Assembly: GCA_963707985.1 (NCBI GenBank)
Contig: CAVPRW010000023.1
Span: forward strand, 172,776 to 236,775
DNA: 64,000 nucleotides
Direction of reading: 5' to 3'
Source: an uncultured Nitrospinota bacterium
GTDB taxonomy: Bacteria; Tectomicrobia; Entotheonellia; J063; CAVPRW01
The translations under genes were made by a program, and so were the position numbers. The notes below the pieces were generated by a model. It saw only the letters and a program-made list of their open reading frames with translations, did no database searches and was not told where the DNA came from. Shown here in pieces: positions 1 through 11,907 of the stretch (the first letter of the stretch is position 1; every line of letters starts with the position of its first letter).

Positions 1-909
1 CGCGTGCGTCCAGTCTTTGAAGCCGATCGCATCATAGTAGCCCAGTATGTCCTCGACTTTCAGCCCTCTGGCCCAGGGGTATACCAGGCGCTTTTCCGGG
101 CCCTGGAAATAGTACTCGACATGACATTGGCCGCACACATAGGAGCGCATCTCCTGGCGCGTCGCCATCTTGTTGACATCATACTCGGGGATCCCCTGAG
201 CTGCTTTGAGTGTGCGCATGCCTTCGATGAACCCCGGGCGTGTCACTCGTAGCTGCATGGTCGCTGCGTCATGGCAGTCGATACAGGCCACCGGATGGGT
301 CACCAGCTGCCGAGCCTCGGCAAACGGCATCTGATTCAGGCGCTCAAAACCCTTGATCAGGTCACCCTGGCCCAGCTGTTTATACGTCACATAAACCGAC
401 GCATGGCAGTGCAGGCATGTGCCAGGTTGTTGCACGACCTGCTGGCGCTCGGTGAAGGTTTGGTCCGCGAGCATATAGGCATGACCTCGATCCTCACGAA
501 AATCCCTGGCAAAGGCATACCCAGCCCACATCGTCTTCAACCGGGGGTCCTCTTCGAGACGGGACTGAGCCACAATGGAGCGCGGATCGGCCTGTGCGGG
601 GGTGCGTGGTACGGCCTCGCTGCCGCCAAAGCGTGTGCGCTGCTGGTCAACCGTGCGCAGATAGGCATCATATTGCAGGGGAAAGTTTTTACCCCAGAGG
701 CTTGGATCGGTGGTCTCATCGTCGAGCTCGACTACCCGATAGAAAGGATTTCTGGCTTCCTGCTTGCGCTCGAAGATATTGATCAGCAGCGCCGCGCCTC
801 CGGCCGCCAGAACCGCGGCAACAAAGGCGATAAGTAGGACCGGAACGTAGCGGCGGCGAGGTGGTGCACTCTCCCGTCGTGGGGGTGGCCGTCGAGGCGC
901 TCTGGCCAT
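1..909 (-). CDS. nrfA: Ammonia-forming cytochrome c nitrite reductase catalytic subunit (partial, runs off left edge)
   Basis: Not in the ORF track. Manual minus-strand translation from ATG at 909 (GGAG upstream): N-terminal TM, AGYAFARDFREDRGHAYML, heme motifs CLHCH, CIDCH, CGQCHVEYYF, ending IGFKDWTHA. Adjacent to nrfH. Confidence 0.93.
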   Translation of the reverse strand, partial: MARAPRRPPPRRESAPPRRRYVPVLLIAFVAAVLAAGGAALLINIFERKQEARNPFYRVVELDDETTDPSLWGKNFPLQYDAYLRTVDQQRTRFGGSEAVPRTPAQADPRSIVAQSRLEEDPRLKTMWAGYAFARDFREDRGHAYMLADQTFTERQQVVQQPGTCLHCHASVYVTYKQLGQGDLIKGFERLNQMPFAEARQLVTHPVACIDCHDAATMQLRVTRPGFIEGMRTLKAAQGIPEYDVNKMATRQEMRSYVCGQCHVEYYFQGPEKRLVYPWARGLKVEDILGYYDAIGFKDWTHA

Positions 910-951
910 ATCTTCTCCTAGGTAATGGTTGATCGCAAAATTCAGCCATGA

Positions 952-1410
952 TCAAAGGTGCCCAACCCCGCCATGGCAGCGTATACATGACAGCTGAACT
1001 CCTTCCTGATGCGGGCCTTCAATTGCCTCTACGATGGCACGATGACAGCTGCGACAGGCCTGCTCAGTGATCGCTCGATTGCGCCCCCCAATGCTCAAGG
1101 GCTCAGGAAATCTCCCGGTGGTGAAAGCGAAAGAGTGCCAGAAGCCATTCGAAGCCTTGGCCACGTATTTGGCCATAAAGCCGGCTGGTGTGTGACAATC
1201 ATTACAGACCGCAACCATGCGATGACTCGCCTTGATCCAGCCGTCATACTGCTCCTGCATAATGTGACAGTTCGCGCACGCAGCAGGATTGTCCGTCAGG
1301 TATGACGCCCCTCGGGCATACAGAAAGGTATAACTGCCGAGGCCAATCACCAGGCCCACGGCCATCCCAATCATGATGACTACTATCGTCTCGAACCTCA
1401 CATCCACCAC
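952..1410 (-). CDS. nrfH: Cytochrome c nitrite reductase small subunit (NapC/NirT family tetraheme)
   Basis: N-terminal TM helix and four CxxCH motifs (CANCH, CNDCH, CRSCH, CIRCH); GASYLTDNPAAC signature. Confidence 0.93.
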   Translation of the reverse strand: MVDVRFETIVVIMIGMAVGLVIGLGSYTFLYARGASYLTDNPAACANCHIMQEQYDGWIKASHRMVAVCNDCHTPAGFMAKYVAKASNGFWHSFAFTTGRFPEPLSIGGRNRAITEQACRSCHRAIVEAIEGPHQEGVQLSCIRCHGGVGHL

Positions 1411-1443
1411 CTATAGCGGTTTTCAGATCAGCTTATGGCCGTA

Positions 1444-4101
1444 TCACCGCCTGCGCTTCACCCATTTCTCAATCTCCACAGCCACGAACACGAGTGCCGC
1501 GATGGCCAGGGTTGCCGCCAACTCTCCGAGGCTTAATGGCGCGGTTTTGAAGATGTGATTGAGAGCTGGTACATAAATGGTGGCCATTTGTAGGACGAAT
1601 GTCAAGGCAACGGCGCTGAGGAGGGGTAGATTCGAAAACAATCCCTGACTGAAGAGTGATTCGTGCTCGGAGCGGATGGCCAGGACGTGCGCGAGTTGCG
1701 ACAGACAGAGAACGGTAAATACCATGGTCTGCCAGTGCGATGACCCACTGGCGAGAGACCAGGCTTGAGTGCCAAGCACCAGGGCTGCCATCAAGGGACC
1801 GACCCACAGCACATGGGCTCCGAGCCCGCGGGCGAAGATGCTCTCCTGTGGTGGGCGTGGCGGGCGGCGCATGATATGCGATTCTTCCGGCTCCGCCGTG
1901 AGCGCCAGACCGGGCAAGCCATCGGTGACCAGGTTGATCCAGAGGATTTGGATCGGCAGCAGTGGGATGGGTAAGCCGCAGAGAGGGGCCAGGAACATCG
2001 TCCAGATCTCGCCCGAGTTCGTGGTCACGGCATAGCGCACAAAGCGGCGGATATTGTCATAGATCCGGCGCCCCTCACGGACGGCTCGCACGATGGTGGC
2101 AAAATTGTCATCCAGGAGGATCATGGCACTGGCTTCTTTCGCGACATCCGTGCCTGCAATCCCCATGGCTACGCCAATATCGGCCCGTTTTAGCGCCGGG
2201 GCATCGTTCACTCCATCGCCGGTCATCGCCACCAACTCCCCGCGCTCCTGCAGGGCTGTGACGATTTTCAATTTTTGCTCAGGCGCGACCCGGGCGTAGA
2301 CCCGAATCTGCTCCACACGTGCTCTCAACTCCTCGGTTGAGAGCTGTGCCAGTTCTTCGCCGGTCAGCACACTGTCACCTTGATCCTGGATACCCAAGCG
2401 CTGGGCGATCGCTTTGGCGGTCAGCGGATGATCGCCGGTGATCATCACCGGGACAATCCCGGCGTCCTTGCATTGGGACACTGCCTGCCGTGCCTCCTCG
2501 CGGGGCGGGTCCATCAACCCGACAAAACCGAGGAGGATCAGGTCACGCTCCATGACCTCTGGCGTGATGGCCTCCGGCAGAAGCGACCAGCGCCGCATGG
2601 CGATGGCGAGAACGCGCAGACCATCGGCGGCCAGACGGTCATTGACGCCCAGCAATTGGGCAGAATCGAAGTCGATCGGCCCGGATGAGGAGGACATCTG
2701 CGTGGCACGCGCGAGAATGACTTCCACCGCCCCCTTCGTCACCGCCAGAAACCCGCCTTCGGGGTCCTGGTGAACCGTGGTCATACATTTGCGGTCCGCA
2801 TCGAAGGGGATCTCGGCAATGCGCGGATAGTCCCTTTCCAGGGCTAATTTCTCCAGACCGGCCTGGCGGGCGGCAACCGTGAGCGCCACCTCTGTGGGAT
2901 CGCCGATCAAGGTCCCCGTCTCATCGGTACGAGCGTCGCTGCACAGTGCCATGGCGCGGAGCAGATCATTCCAAAGTGGGCCACGGCCCGGATGCTGCTC
3001 AAGCACTCCGTCGCAGTACAGGGCCTCGACCTGCATGCGATTCATGGTCAGAGTGCCGGTCTTATCGGTGCAGATGTAGGTGACCGAGCCCAGGGTTTCG
3101 ACCGCCGGAAGGCGCCGGACGAGCGCATTGGTTCGCACCATCGCCCGGGCGCCGAGGGCCAGCGCGATGGTCACGACCGCGGGGAGAGCTTCGGGAATGG
3201 CCGCCACCGCCAGGCTGACGGCCGTAAGGAACATCAACAGCGCGGCCTCACCACGCCAGAGACCCATGACGAACACGACGGCGCAGATCACCAACGCTGC
3301 CATCGCCATGCGTCGGCCGAAATGGCTGAGCCGTCGCTGCAGGGGAGTCTTGACATCATCGGCTTGTTGCAGGAGCGTGGCGATTTTACCGAATTCGGTC
3401 GCCATGCCGGTGGCGACTACCACCCCGCGAGCGTGGCCGTAGGTGACTATTGTACCCTTATACGCCATATTGCTACGGTCGCCGAGGGGAGGTGTGGCAT
3501 CGGAGATTGGATCGATCGACTTTTCGACTGGCATCGACTCGCCGGTGAGGGCCGATTCATCCACCCGCAGGTGTGCGGAGTCGAGGAGTCGGAGGTCGGC
3601 GGGGACGATGTTCCCCGCCTCGAGCCAGACGATATCACCTGGCACCAAGGCCGACGCTGGGAGCGACGCCATGCCGCCATCGCGCAGGACTGTCGCCGTC
3701 GGGGCAGCCATAGCCTTCAGCGCTTCCATGGCGCGGTCAGCTCGGTACTCCTGAATAAAGCCGATCACCGCGTTCAGGACGACGATGACGATGATGGCGA
3801 TGGTATCTTTGGCTTCACCGATCAGGCCGGAGATGACGGCCGCAGCCAGGAGCACGAGGATCATGACGTCGGTGAACTGATCAACAAACATGCGCAAGGG
3901 AGTGCGGCGCTTCCCCTCGGTGATCTCGTTCGGACCGACAGCCGCGAGTCGTCGCTGCACCTCTTGTGCAGCCAACCCCTGCGGGGTGCTCCGCAGCGCC
4001 TCCACTACGGCCTCTACTGACATCTGGTGCCAGGGACGAGCGGTCTCAGGTGCAGCCGACGCTCGAGGTGACTCGTGATCCGCCGTGGCGCCGAGATTCA
4101 T
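1444..4101 (-). CDS. Cation-transporting P-type ATPase (type IIA, Ca2+-like)
   Basis: TGES, PEALP, DKTGTLT and TGDGVNDAPALK motifs; start at 4101 overlaps the upstream stop (ATGA). Confidence 0.93.
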   Translation of the reverse strand: MNLGATADHESPRASAAPETARPWHQMSVEAVVEALRSTPQGLAAQEVQRRLAAVGPNEITEGKRRTPLRMFVDQFTDVMILVLLAAAVISGLIGEAKDTIAIIVIVVLNAVIGFIQEYRADRAMEALKAMAAPTATVLRDGGMASLPASALVPGDIVWLEAGNIVPADLRLLDSAHLRVDESALTGESMPVEKSIDPISDATPPLGDRSNMAYKGTIVTYGHARGVVVATGMATEFGKIATLLQQADDVKTPLQRRLSHFGRRMAMAALVICAVVFVMGLWRGEAALLMFLTAVSLAVAAIPEALPAVVTIALALGARAMVRTNALVRRLPAVETLGSVTYICTDKTGTLTMNRMQVEALYCDGVLEQHPGRGPLWNDLLRAMALCSDARTDETGTLIGDPTEVALTVAARQAGLEKLALERDYPRIAEIPFDADRKCMTTVHQDPEGGFLAVTKGAVEVILARATQMSSSSGPIDFDSAQLLGVNDRLAADGLRVLAIAMRRWSLLPEAITPEVMERDLILLGFVGLMDPPREEARQAVSQCKDAGIVPVMITGDHPLTAKAIAQRLGIQDQGDSVLTGEELAQLSTEELRARVEQIRVYARVAPEQKLKIVTALQERGELVAMTGDGVNDAPALKRADIGVAMGIAGTDVAKEASAMILLDDNFATIVRAVREGRRIYDNIRRFVRYAVTTNSGEIWTMFLAPLCGLPIPLLPIQILWINLVTDGLPGLALTAEPEESHIMRRPPRPPQESIFARGLGAHVLWVGPLMAALVLGTQAWSLASGSSHWQTMVFTVLCLSQLAHVLAIRSEHESLFSQGLFSNLPLLSAVALTFVLQMATIYVPALNHIFKTAPLSLGELAATLAIAALVFVAVEIEKWVKRRR

Positions 4102-6843
4102 GACTGCGGGGACTCGACGCCAATGCGCGCATCGACGATCTGACACCCCTGGCCAGGGGGAAGAGCAAAGATGGGGTTGAGGTCAAGCTCGGTGATCTCG
4201 GGGATTTCTTCAACCATCAGCGAGATGCGCAGGAGAACCTCCTCCAGGGCTTTCACGTCTGCCGGTGGATGCCCTCGGTAGCCCTCGAGCAAGCGGAAGC
4301 CACGAATCTCGCGCACCATCTCGCTCGCATCGCGGTCGGTCAGCGGCGTGATGCGGAAGCGCACGTCCCCCAGAATTTCCACATGGATGCCCCCCAGACC
4401 GAAGGCGATCAGCGGGCCAAACGAGGGGTCAGTGGTGACCCCGACCATCACCTCCACACCGCCGGTCAGCATGGGTTGGACCAGCACGCCTTCCATGGCC
4501 TGCACGTTGTCGTGCTCGGCAAGGCGCTGGCGGATGGTCGCGAAGGCCTGTCGCACCGCGGCCTCGTCCGTGAGATTGAGGAAGATGCCGCCCATCTCGG
4601 TCTTGTGGACGATCACATGCGAAGCCAGCTTCACAGCCACGGGAAAGCCGATACGCCGCGCCAGTTCCGCCGCTTCGTCGGCTGTCCGCGCCACCCCACC
4701 TGGTGCCACCGGCAAGCCCATGGCGGTCAAGACTTGTCGGGTTTCCTCTGTGTTGAGCCAACCGCTGCCGCGCTGTGCGAGAGCTTGACGACACGTCTGA
4801 CGAGCGCCTTCAGCATCGATATCATCGAACTCCAAGAACATGCCCACCGGTTGCGCGCACCACTCCGCGTAATCAGCCACCTTGCTCAGGACACGAGCTG
4901 TCGTCTCCGGAAAGGCATACGTCGGAACGCACTCATGCGCGAGCTGTAATGGCAGGGTGGTGCCCTCTTCTACCATCAACGAGGCCAGGACCGGTTTGCC
5001 TATGCCTCCCGCCTGCCGCCCAGCCTCGATGCCGGCGTGGATAGCGTCGAGGATCGCCGGCCGCTGGGAGGTGTCCACCGGGATGTAGATCACCACCAAG
5101 CACGTCGATTTCATCGCAGGACAACAGCGTCTCAATGGTCTGACGATAATGGTCCGGACCCGCCGAGGCGATCATATCGACCGGATTGCTCAGGCTCGCC
5201 TGTGGTGGAAGAAAGGCTGACAGGCGGGCTTTGGTTGCCGAGGACAATTCCGGAACCAACAGTCCACCGGCCTCGCAGGTATCGGCGCAGAGAATCCCCG
5301 GGCCACCGGCATTGGTGATAATGGCGACGCGCCGCCCCTGTGGCAGGGGCTGGCTCGCCAGCGCGGCAGCGACATCGAACATCTCGGCCAGCGTGTCCGC
5401 CCGAATGACGCCGGTCTGCCGGAATAAGGCATCAACGGCGACGTCATTGGCCGCCAGGGCGGCTGTGTGGGAGCCCGCCGCACGTCGTCCCGCCCCGGTT
5501 CGACCACTTTTCACCGCGATAATCGGCTTGCGCCGGCTGACGCGGCGGGCGATGCGCGCAAAGCGCCGCGGGTTGCCGAAGGACTCCAGGTAGAGGAGGA
5601 TGACATCGGTCTGCTCGTCTTCCTCCCAAAATTGCAGCAGGTCGTTGCCGGAGACGTCGGCCTTATTCCCGACGCTGACAAAGGTCGACAGCCCTAACTG
5701 TAGCCGCCGCGCCAGCGCCAGGATAGCCAGCCCGAGGGCACCGCTCTGAGACGACATGGCGATGCGGCCCGGCGGTGGAAACACCGGCGAAAAGGAAGCG
5801 TTCAGGTGCACTGCCGGATCGGTATTCAGTAGCCCCAGGCAGTTCGGACCTACCATGCGCATGCCGTACCCACGGACCTTTTCTACCAGGCGCTGCTGTA
5901 TCTCGCGCCCCTCAGCGCTGACCTCGGCGAAGCCCGCCGTGATCACCACGAGGGCTTTGACCCCGCGCTCGGCACAGTCATCCACCACCGGTAGCACGGC
6001 ATCACGCGGCACCGCGATCACTGCCAGATCAATTGGTTCCGGGATCTCACGCACCGAGGGGTAGGCACGTATCGAGCCCACCACCGTTGCCTTCGGATTG
6101 ACCGGATACACTGGACCTTGAAAACGGTTCATGATGAGCGCTTCAAGGAGTCTATAGCCGATGCTGGTCGGGTCGCGCGAAGCACCGACGACGGCCACCG
6201 AGACTGGGCGAAAGAGCGGACGGAGTGAGGCGGTGGTGAAGAGGCGGTCGAGCAATTCCGAGCGCGCCACGCTTGCCTCGGTGGGCAACACTGAAAAAGA
6301 CAGGTGGACGTAGCCGTGATCGAATTTCTCCTGGAGCTTGAACCCAGACCTGCGAAACACTTCCAGCATTGGCCGGTTGTCCACGTGAGTTACCGCCCAG
6401 AAGTGCGTGATGCCGTGATTGACTGCCAGCTGCGCCAGACGTTCCAGCAGCAGCGAGGCCAACCCCTTGCCGTGAAACGCGTCATCCACGGCAAACGCGA
6501 CCTCGGCGAGATGATCTCGCTCCTTCTCGGTGAGATACGAGCCCGTGGCAATGATGTGTGGACTCCCGCCGCTGGTACGGCTGACCAAGAGGCTGAGTTG
6601 TTGACGTGGATTGGTGGGATCACAGAGCGCATTCACCCAATCGCCTCGCGGCGTGGCCAGTGAGAAAAAGCGCTTTTGCCTCGACTCGGGAGAGAGCTGA
6701 TCGAAAAAGGCGAGGAGGGCTTCGCGATCATCGGGCTGGACGATACGGATGGTGGCAGTCGAGCCGTCTCGTAAGATAAGCCTTCCGGATGCCGCCGAAT
6801 CCTGATAGGGTGCCGGCAAATAGATCGGATGTACCTGAGCCAC
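4098..6843 (-). CDS. GNAT acetyltransferase fused to acyl-CoA synthetase (ADP-forming)/ATP-grasp domains (Pat-like); single frameshift near 5099
   Basis: N-terminal GNAT (AEVAFAVDDAFHGKGLA), CoA-binding (VVGAS, GPNCLG, SQSGA) and ATP-grasp (HKTEMGG, LDLNP) domains. The frames join at EIDVL/VVIYIP with one extra base. Confidence 0.88.
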
Positions 6844-6966
6844 TGCCTATCCCTCCTCGAAAAAATTGCATCCCAATTGAGCCAGTAAACGCAGCCTCTT
6901 AATACATAGGCGCCAGGATACGCACCTCGCTGGTGTCCCTCTCCCCTGGGAGAGGGGGCTTACCCC

Positions 6967-8058
6967 TCAACAGATGCGGGGCAATTGCTCCCCGCTCAGC
7001 ATATCGACGATACGTGTGGCGCCAATGGCGGTCTGCATCGTCACGCCGCCTACGTCTGCAGCAACCCGTTCGCTCCTCGTGGCGACCTGCCCGATGATAC
7101 TCGCTTCGCGACCAAGGGGCTGAGCTTGCATGATGGCTAGGGCACGCGCGGCCTCTGACGCAGGGACGAAGGCGAGGAATTGCCCCTCGTTGGCGACATA
7201 GGACGGATCGAGGCCAAGGATTTCGCACGCCCCCTGGACATCCTCATGGACAGGGATCTGCCGTTCGTCGATGCTGATTTGCAGTTGAGCGGCTTCTGCA
7301 AGCTCGACCAACGCGGTCGCCAGGCCCCCACGCGTTAGGTCTCGCAGACAGTGAATGTCAAGACCGGCATCCAGGAGATGCAATACTAACTCAGCCACGG
7401 GAGCACAATCGCTCTCGATGGTACTCTCGAAGGCCAAGCCTTCGCGGACAGCCATGATTGCCATGCCATGACGGCCAACATCGCCGCTCAAGAGAATGGC
7501 GTCGCCCGGCCGAATGCTGTGAGGAGCGATGATGTGGCGATGGGAGACGACCCCAATCCCGGTGGTATTGATGAAGATGCCGTCCCCCTTGCCTTTATCC
7601 ACGACTTTGGTGTCCCCGGTGACGAACTGCACCTGCGCCACCTCCGCGGCACGGTGCATGGATTGCACCACGCGCCAGAGGGTTTCCATGGGTAATCCTT
7701 CCTCGATGATGAGCCCCACGCTGAGATATAAAGGACGTGCCCCACACATAGCGAGATCGTTGACCGTACCGTTGACGGCTAAGGTGCCGATATCCCCGCC
7801 GGGGAAGAAAAGCGGCTGTACCACATAGGAGTCGGTCGTGAATGCCAGTCGAGACCGGCATTGATTCGTCTCATCGGTCATGTCGATCAGGGCCCCATCG
7901 TGCCGCGTCTCGAGGAGCGCGTTGCCAAGGGCCGGCAAGAACATCCTTTCGATGAGCTGATGTGTTAATCTGCCGCCTCCCCCGTGTGCAAGCAGCACGT
8001 GTGGATAGTCCGCGATGGGGATGGGGCAACTGAGGGCAATATTTGAGGCACGTTTCAC
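6967..8058 (-). CDS. hypE: Hydrogenase maturation protein HypE
   Basis: [20 protein letters not shown]-terminal LPRIC. Confidence 0.95.
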   Translation of the reverse strand: MKRASNIALSCPIPIADYPHVLLAHGGGGRLTHQLIERMFLPALGNALLETRHDGALIDMTDETNQCRSRLAFTTDSYVVQPLFFPGGDIGTLAVNGTVNDLAMCGARPLYLSVGLIIEEGLPMETLWRVVQSMHRAAEVAQVQFVTGDTKVVDKGKGDGIFINTTGIGVVSHRHIIAPHSIRPGDAILLSGDVGRHGMAIMAVREGLAFESTIESDCAPVAELVLHLLDAGLDIHCLRDLTRGGLATALVELAEAAQLQISIDERQIPVHEDVQGACEILGLDPSYVANEGQFLAFVPASEAARALAIMQAQPLGREASIIGQVATRSERVAADVGGVTMQTAIGATRIVDMLSGEQLPRIC

Positions 8059-8101
8059 GGCACGCCATCCTTTAGCAAGGGAACGAGAGCTCCCACGCAG
8101 G

Positions 8102-9187
8102 TCAAAATCTACGGTAACGATAATACGCTGCACATGCTCCCTCCGAGGAGACCATGGTAGCGCCGAGCGGGCGCTCTGGGGTACAGCTCGTCGCGAAGGC
8201 CGGGCAGTCGTGAGGCTTTTTGATGCCTTGCAGGATAAGCCCGCTCATACATAGTGAGGATTCCGGCCGGAGATGATCGGCGACACCAAAGCGCTGTTCG
8301 GCGTCAAACTTGACGTATGGTTCCCGGAGCCCCAAACCGCTGTGCGCGATCTCGCCAATCCCCCGCCACTGTCGCGGTATTACTCGAAAGATCTGCTGAA
8401 TTAATTGCTGCGCTAGCTGGTTGCCTTGCCGGCGCACGGCACGACGATATTGGTTCTCCACCTGAGCCCGCCCCTCCTCCAGCTGCCTGACGCACATATA
8501 GATGCCCTGCAAAATATCCAACGGCTCAAAGCCGGTGACCACAATCGGCACGCCATACGTGCGGGCGAGCGGCTCGTATTCGGTGTATCCCATGACGGTG
8601 CAGACATGCCCAGCGGCGAGGAATCCGTGGACGCGGTTCTGTGGCGAGGTGAGTATGGCCTCCATCGCCGGAGGCACGAGGACATGCGACACCAGAAGTG
8701 AGAAATTATCGAGTCCCTGCTGCTCAGCTTGATAGACGGCCATGGCGTTGGCAGGTGCAGTGGTCTCGAACCCGACGGCAAAGAAGACCACTTCCTTGTG
8801 CGGATGCTCTTCGGCCGTACGCAAAGCGTCCATGGGTGAGTAGACGATGCGCACATCACCCCCCCGGGCTTTCACCGCTAGCAGGTCGCGGCCCGTTCCA
8901 GGCACCCGCAACATATCCCCGAAGGAGCAGAAAATGACCTCTGGGCGGGCCGCGATCTCGATGGCTTTGTCGATCATTTCTATAGGTGTAACGCAGACCG
9001 GACAACCTGGACCATGGACGAGTGCGATGTTCTGCGGTAGCAACTCATCGATCCCAAATCTCACGATCGCATGGGTCTGTCCACCGCAGACCTCCATGAT
9101 GGTCCAGCTCTGCGTCGTCCGCTGAGCAAGGGCCTCAGCAAACCGCCGTGCCGCTTCGGCATCCCGATATTCGTCGATGAAACGCAT
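8102..9187 (-). CDS. hypD: Hydrogenase formation protein HypD
   Basis: [33 protein letters not shown]. Confidence 0.96.
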   Translation of the reverse strand: MRFIDEYRDAEAARRFAEALAQRTTQSWTIMEVCGGQTHAIVRFGIDELLPQNIALVHGPGCPVCVTPIEMIDKAIEIAARPEVIFCSFGDMLRVPGTGRDLLAVKARGGDVRIVYSPMDALRTAEEHPHKEVVFFAVGFETTAPANAMAVYQAEQQGLDNFSLLVSHVLVPPAMEAILTSPQNRVHGFLAAGHVCTVMGYTEYEPLARTYGVPIVVTGFEPLDILQGIYMCVRQLEEGRAQVENQYRRAVRRQGNQLAQQLIQQIFRVIPRQWRGIGEIAHSGLGLREPYVKFDAEQRFGVADHLRPESSLCMSGLILQGIKKPHDCPAFATSCTPERPLGATMVSSEGACAAYYRYRRF

Positions 9188-9289
9188 GTGGCCCTCCTCC
9201 CACGCTGCCCATCGGCGGCAGGTGATGCTTCCAGACGATGTTCCCTCACCCTCCGGCAGCGGGATGCAAGTCGGCCTTCCGACTCTCGG

Positions 9290-9538
9290 TCAACTCGCCT
9301 CCAGGTCGCTCAATTCATTCATCTGGCGGAGGTATTCAAATACCTCTTGTGCTGCCGTTTCGTCCAACGTGCTGATGGCGAAGCCGACATGCACAAGAAC
9401 GTAGTCGCCGATGTGCGCCTCGGGAACATAAGCGAGATTGACTTCTTTGACGATCCCGCCAAACCCCACTCTGCCAGTTCGCATGAGTGGCTCTGCATCG
9501 CTGATGCTAATGATCTTGCCGGGAACCGCCAGACACAT
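9290..9538 (-). CDS. hypC: Hydrogenase chaperone HypC
   Basis: MCLAVPG start; YVLVHVGFA. Confidence 0.96.
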   Translation of the reverse strand: MCLAVPGKIISISDAEPLMRTGRVGFGGIVKEVNLAYVPEAHIGDYVLVHVGFAISTLDETAAQEVFEYLRQMNELSDLEAS

Positions 9539-9549
9539 AGTGTTCTCCC

Positions 9550-11904
9550 TTAGTCCGGTTGCCTCACATCATCCTGGCTACTGCGCCGTTCACGGGTTGC
9601 CGCCGCGATCTGTCCTAGGGCGATGCCGCCATCGTTTGGTGGGATGCGTTGATGCCAGTAGGGCGAAAAGTGTGCCTTTCTGAGTCGTTGGATGGCACGC
9701 TCGAGCAAATATCTGTTCTGAAAACAGCCCCCTGTCAGGAGGACGCGCTCGTCGCCGACCCGCGCCGCCACGCTGACGATGGCCTCGACAAGGGCGTTAT
9801 GAAATTTTGCTGCCATAAGCCCTACCGCGGCCTGCTGTTGCATCTCCTCGACGATCGCCCGCACCATGGGTCCCCAGTCGAGCGTGCTAAGCGCATCGGT
9901 TGTCCCCCCTTCCACAAGCGGCAACGGGTAGGCTTCATCCGTGTCGAACCCATCGAGCGCAAACTCGAGATCCATCGCCGCTTGGGCCTCGAAACTGCTC
10001 CGCAAACGTAGCCCGAGGATGCCAGCGATGGCGTCGAACAGGCGGCCGACGCTGGACGTCACAGGAGTATTGAGGTGGCGTTTCAACATGATTTGCACAT
10101 TCGTCTGTTCCACGGGCGAGAATGCCTGCAGCACTGGAAGCGCACTCAGCGCAAATGTCGCCTCGCCAAAGATTTCGTGTAAGAGCCCAACTGCCATCCG
10201 TCTGGGCTCTCGAATCGCCTTTTCCCCTCCAGGCATAGGGAATGTCCGCAGATGGGCGACTCGCTGCCAGGAATCGGCGCTGACGCGCAAGAATTCTCCG
10301 CCCCAAATGGTCCCATCGAGCCCGTAGCCCGTGCCATCCCAGGCGACACCCAACACGGGACCCTCAAGCGCGTTCTCGGCCATGCAGGATAACACATGGG
10401 CGTAGTGGTGCTGCACGCGCACGATCGGCAGGCCAGATCGTTGCGCCCATCGCGTGGACACAAAATCCGGATGGGCGTCACAGGCGACGGCCGTTGGCTG
10501 AAAATCATAGAGCCGCTCAAAGTTGGCGATCGTTTCGCACCACGCCTCCAATGCTTGGGGCGTGTCCAGGTCACCGACATGCTGGCTGACCAACACATCG
10601 CTGCCTATGGGCACGGCGATAGTGGTCTTCAGGTGTGCCCCCAGCGCCAGGGTCGAGGCCGACGTCGCGGTCAGATGGATAGCAAGCGGTGCATACCCAC
10701 GCCCCCCGCGTAGCACCATCTCGCGACCGAAGATGACGCGCACCACACTGTCATCTACCGACTGGGCGATGGGGCGATTGTGGACGAGAAAGACTCCAGC
10801 AATGCCATGCAAGCGAGCGAGGGCCTCAGCCTCATCGATGCACATAGGTTCATCCGAGATATTGCCACTGGTGGCTACCACCGGGGAGCCTAATGCGGCC
10901 ATGAGGAGATGATGGAGCGGCGTGTAGGGTAGCATGATGCCCAGATATGGGTTATGCGGCGCGACGACAGGAGCAATCGCGTCTGCTGGCTGACCAGACC
11001 GGCGTCGTAGGAGGACGATCGGGGCTGCTGGAGAACACAGCAGGCGGGCCTCCTGCGCTGACACGACGCAGGCGGCCTGCACGGACGCCAACGTCGGATA
11101 CATCAGGGCGAACGGCTTATCCGGGCGATGTTTGCTCTGACGCAGCCGCAGGATCGCGTCCTGCTGATGGGCATCGACGATTAAATGAACCCCCCCGAGA
11201 CCCTTCACCGCCACGACCACGCCGCGGCGGATCGCCTCGACGGTGGCCCAGAAGGCCTCGTCGTGCGTCGCGAGCACCGTACCGTGCGGATCCCACAGCT
11301 CCAGGTGGGGGCCGCACGCAGGGCAGGCATTGGGTTGCGCATGGAAGCGTCGGTCCAGGGGCTCGTCGTACTCGGCTCGACAGTGTTCGCACATGACAAA
11401 CGGCTGCATCGTGGTGTGGACGCGATCGTAGGGCAGCGCTTGAATGATGCTGAAGCGAGGGCCGCAATCGGTGCAGTTGGTAAAGGGATAGCGATAACGC
11501 CGATCGCGTGGGTCGAAGATCTCACGCCGACACCGGTCGCAGGTCGCGATATCCGGCAGGACCATGGCGGTCTTGTGGCCTTCGGTCTCGCTGTCACGTA
11601 TGGCGAAGGTGGTATACCCGACGGGCGCGAGCCACTTCGTGTCGCAGTGCTGGATCTGTGACTGCGGCGGTAGCTCGCGTGGCAGGCGGACCAGGAACTG
11701 TTGGAGAGTTACCTGACTCCCCTCCGCCTCGATGATCACACCCTGCACTCCATTACTGACCCACCCCTTAAGCCCCAGCGCTTGCGCCAGGCGATACGTA
11801 AAGGGACGAAAGCCGACCCCCTGCACCGTGCCGCGAATCGTCAGGCGCAGCCGTTGCAACGTTGCCTCATCCCCGAGAGCCTGAGGTGGAACCGCACCCA
11901 ACAT
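9550..11904 (-). CDS. hypF: Carbamoyltransferase HypF
   Basis: Acylphosphatase GTVQGVGFRP, two CxxC-x18-CxxC zinc fingers, QHHYAH, PPNDGGIALGQ. Confidence 0.96.
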   Translation of the reverse strand: MLGAVPPQALGDEATLQRLRLTIRGTVQGVGFRPFTYRLAQALGLKGWVSNGVQGVIIEAEGSQVTLQQFLVRLPRELPPQSQIQHCDTKWLAPVGYTTFAIRDSETEGHKTAMVLPDIATCDRCRREIFDPRDRRYRYPFTNCTDCGPRFSIIQALPYDRVHTTMQPFVMCEHCRAEYDEPLDRRFHAQPNACPACGPHLELWDPHGTVLATHDEAFWATVEAIRRGVVVAVKGLGGVHLIVDAHQQDAILRLRQSKHRPDKPFALMYPTLASVQAACVVSAQEARLLCSPAAPIVLLRRRSGQPADAIAPVVAPHNPYLGIMLPYTPLHHLLMAALGSPVVATSGNISDEPMCIDEAEALARLHGIAGVFLVHNRPIAQSVDDSVVRVIFGREMVLRGGRGYAPLAIHLTATSASTLALGAHLKTTIAVPIGSDVLVSQHVGDLDTPQALEAWCETIANFERLYDFQPTAVACDAHPDFVSTRWAQRSGLPIVRVQHHYAHVLSCMAENALEGPVLGVAWDGTGYGLDGTIWGGEFLRVSADSWQRVAHLRTFPMPGGEKAIREPRRMAVGLLHEIFGEATFALSALPVLQAFSPVEQTNVQIMLKRHLNTPVTSSVGRLFDAIAGILGLRLRSSFEAQAAMDLEFALDGFDTDEAYPLPLVEGGTTDALSTLDWGPMVRAIVEEMQQQAAVGLMAAKFHNALVEAIVSVAARVGDERVLLTGGCFQNRYLLERAIQRLRKAHFSPYWHQRIPPNDGGIALGQIAAATRERRSSQDDVRQPD

Positions 11905-11907
11905 CCG

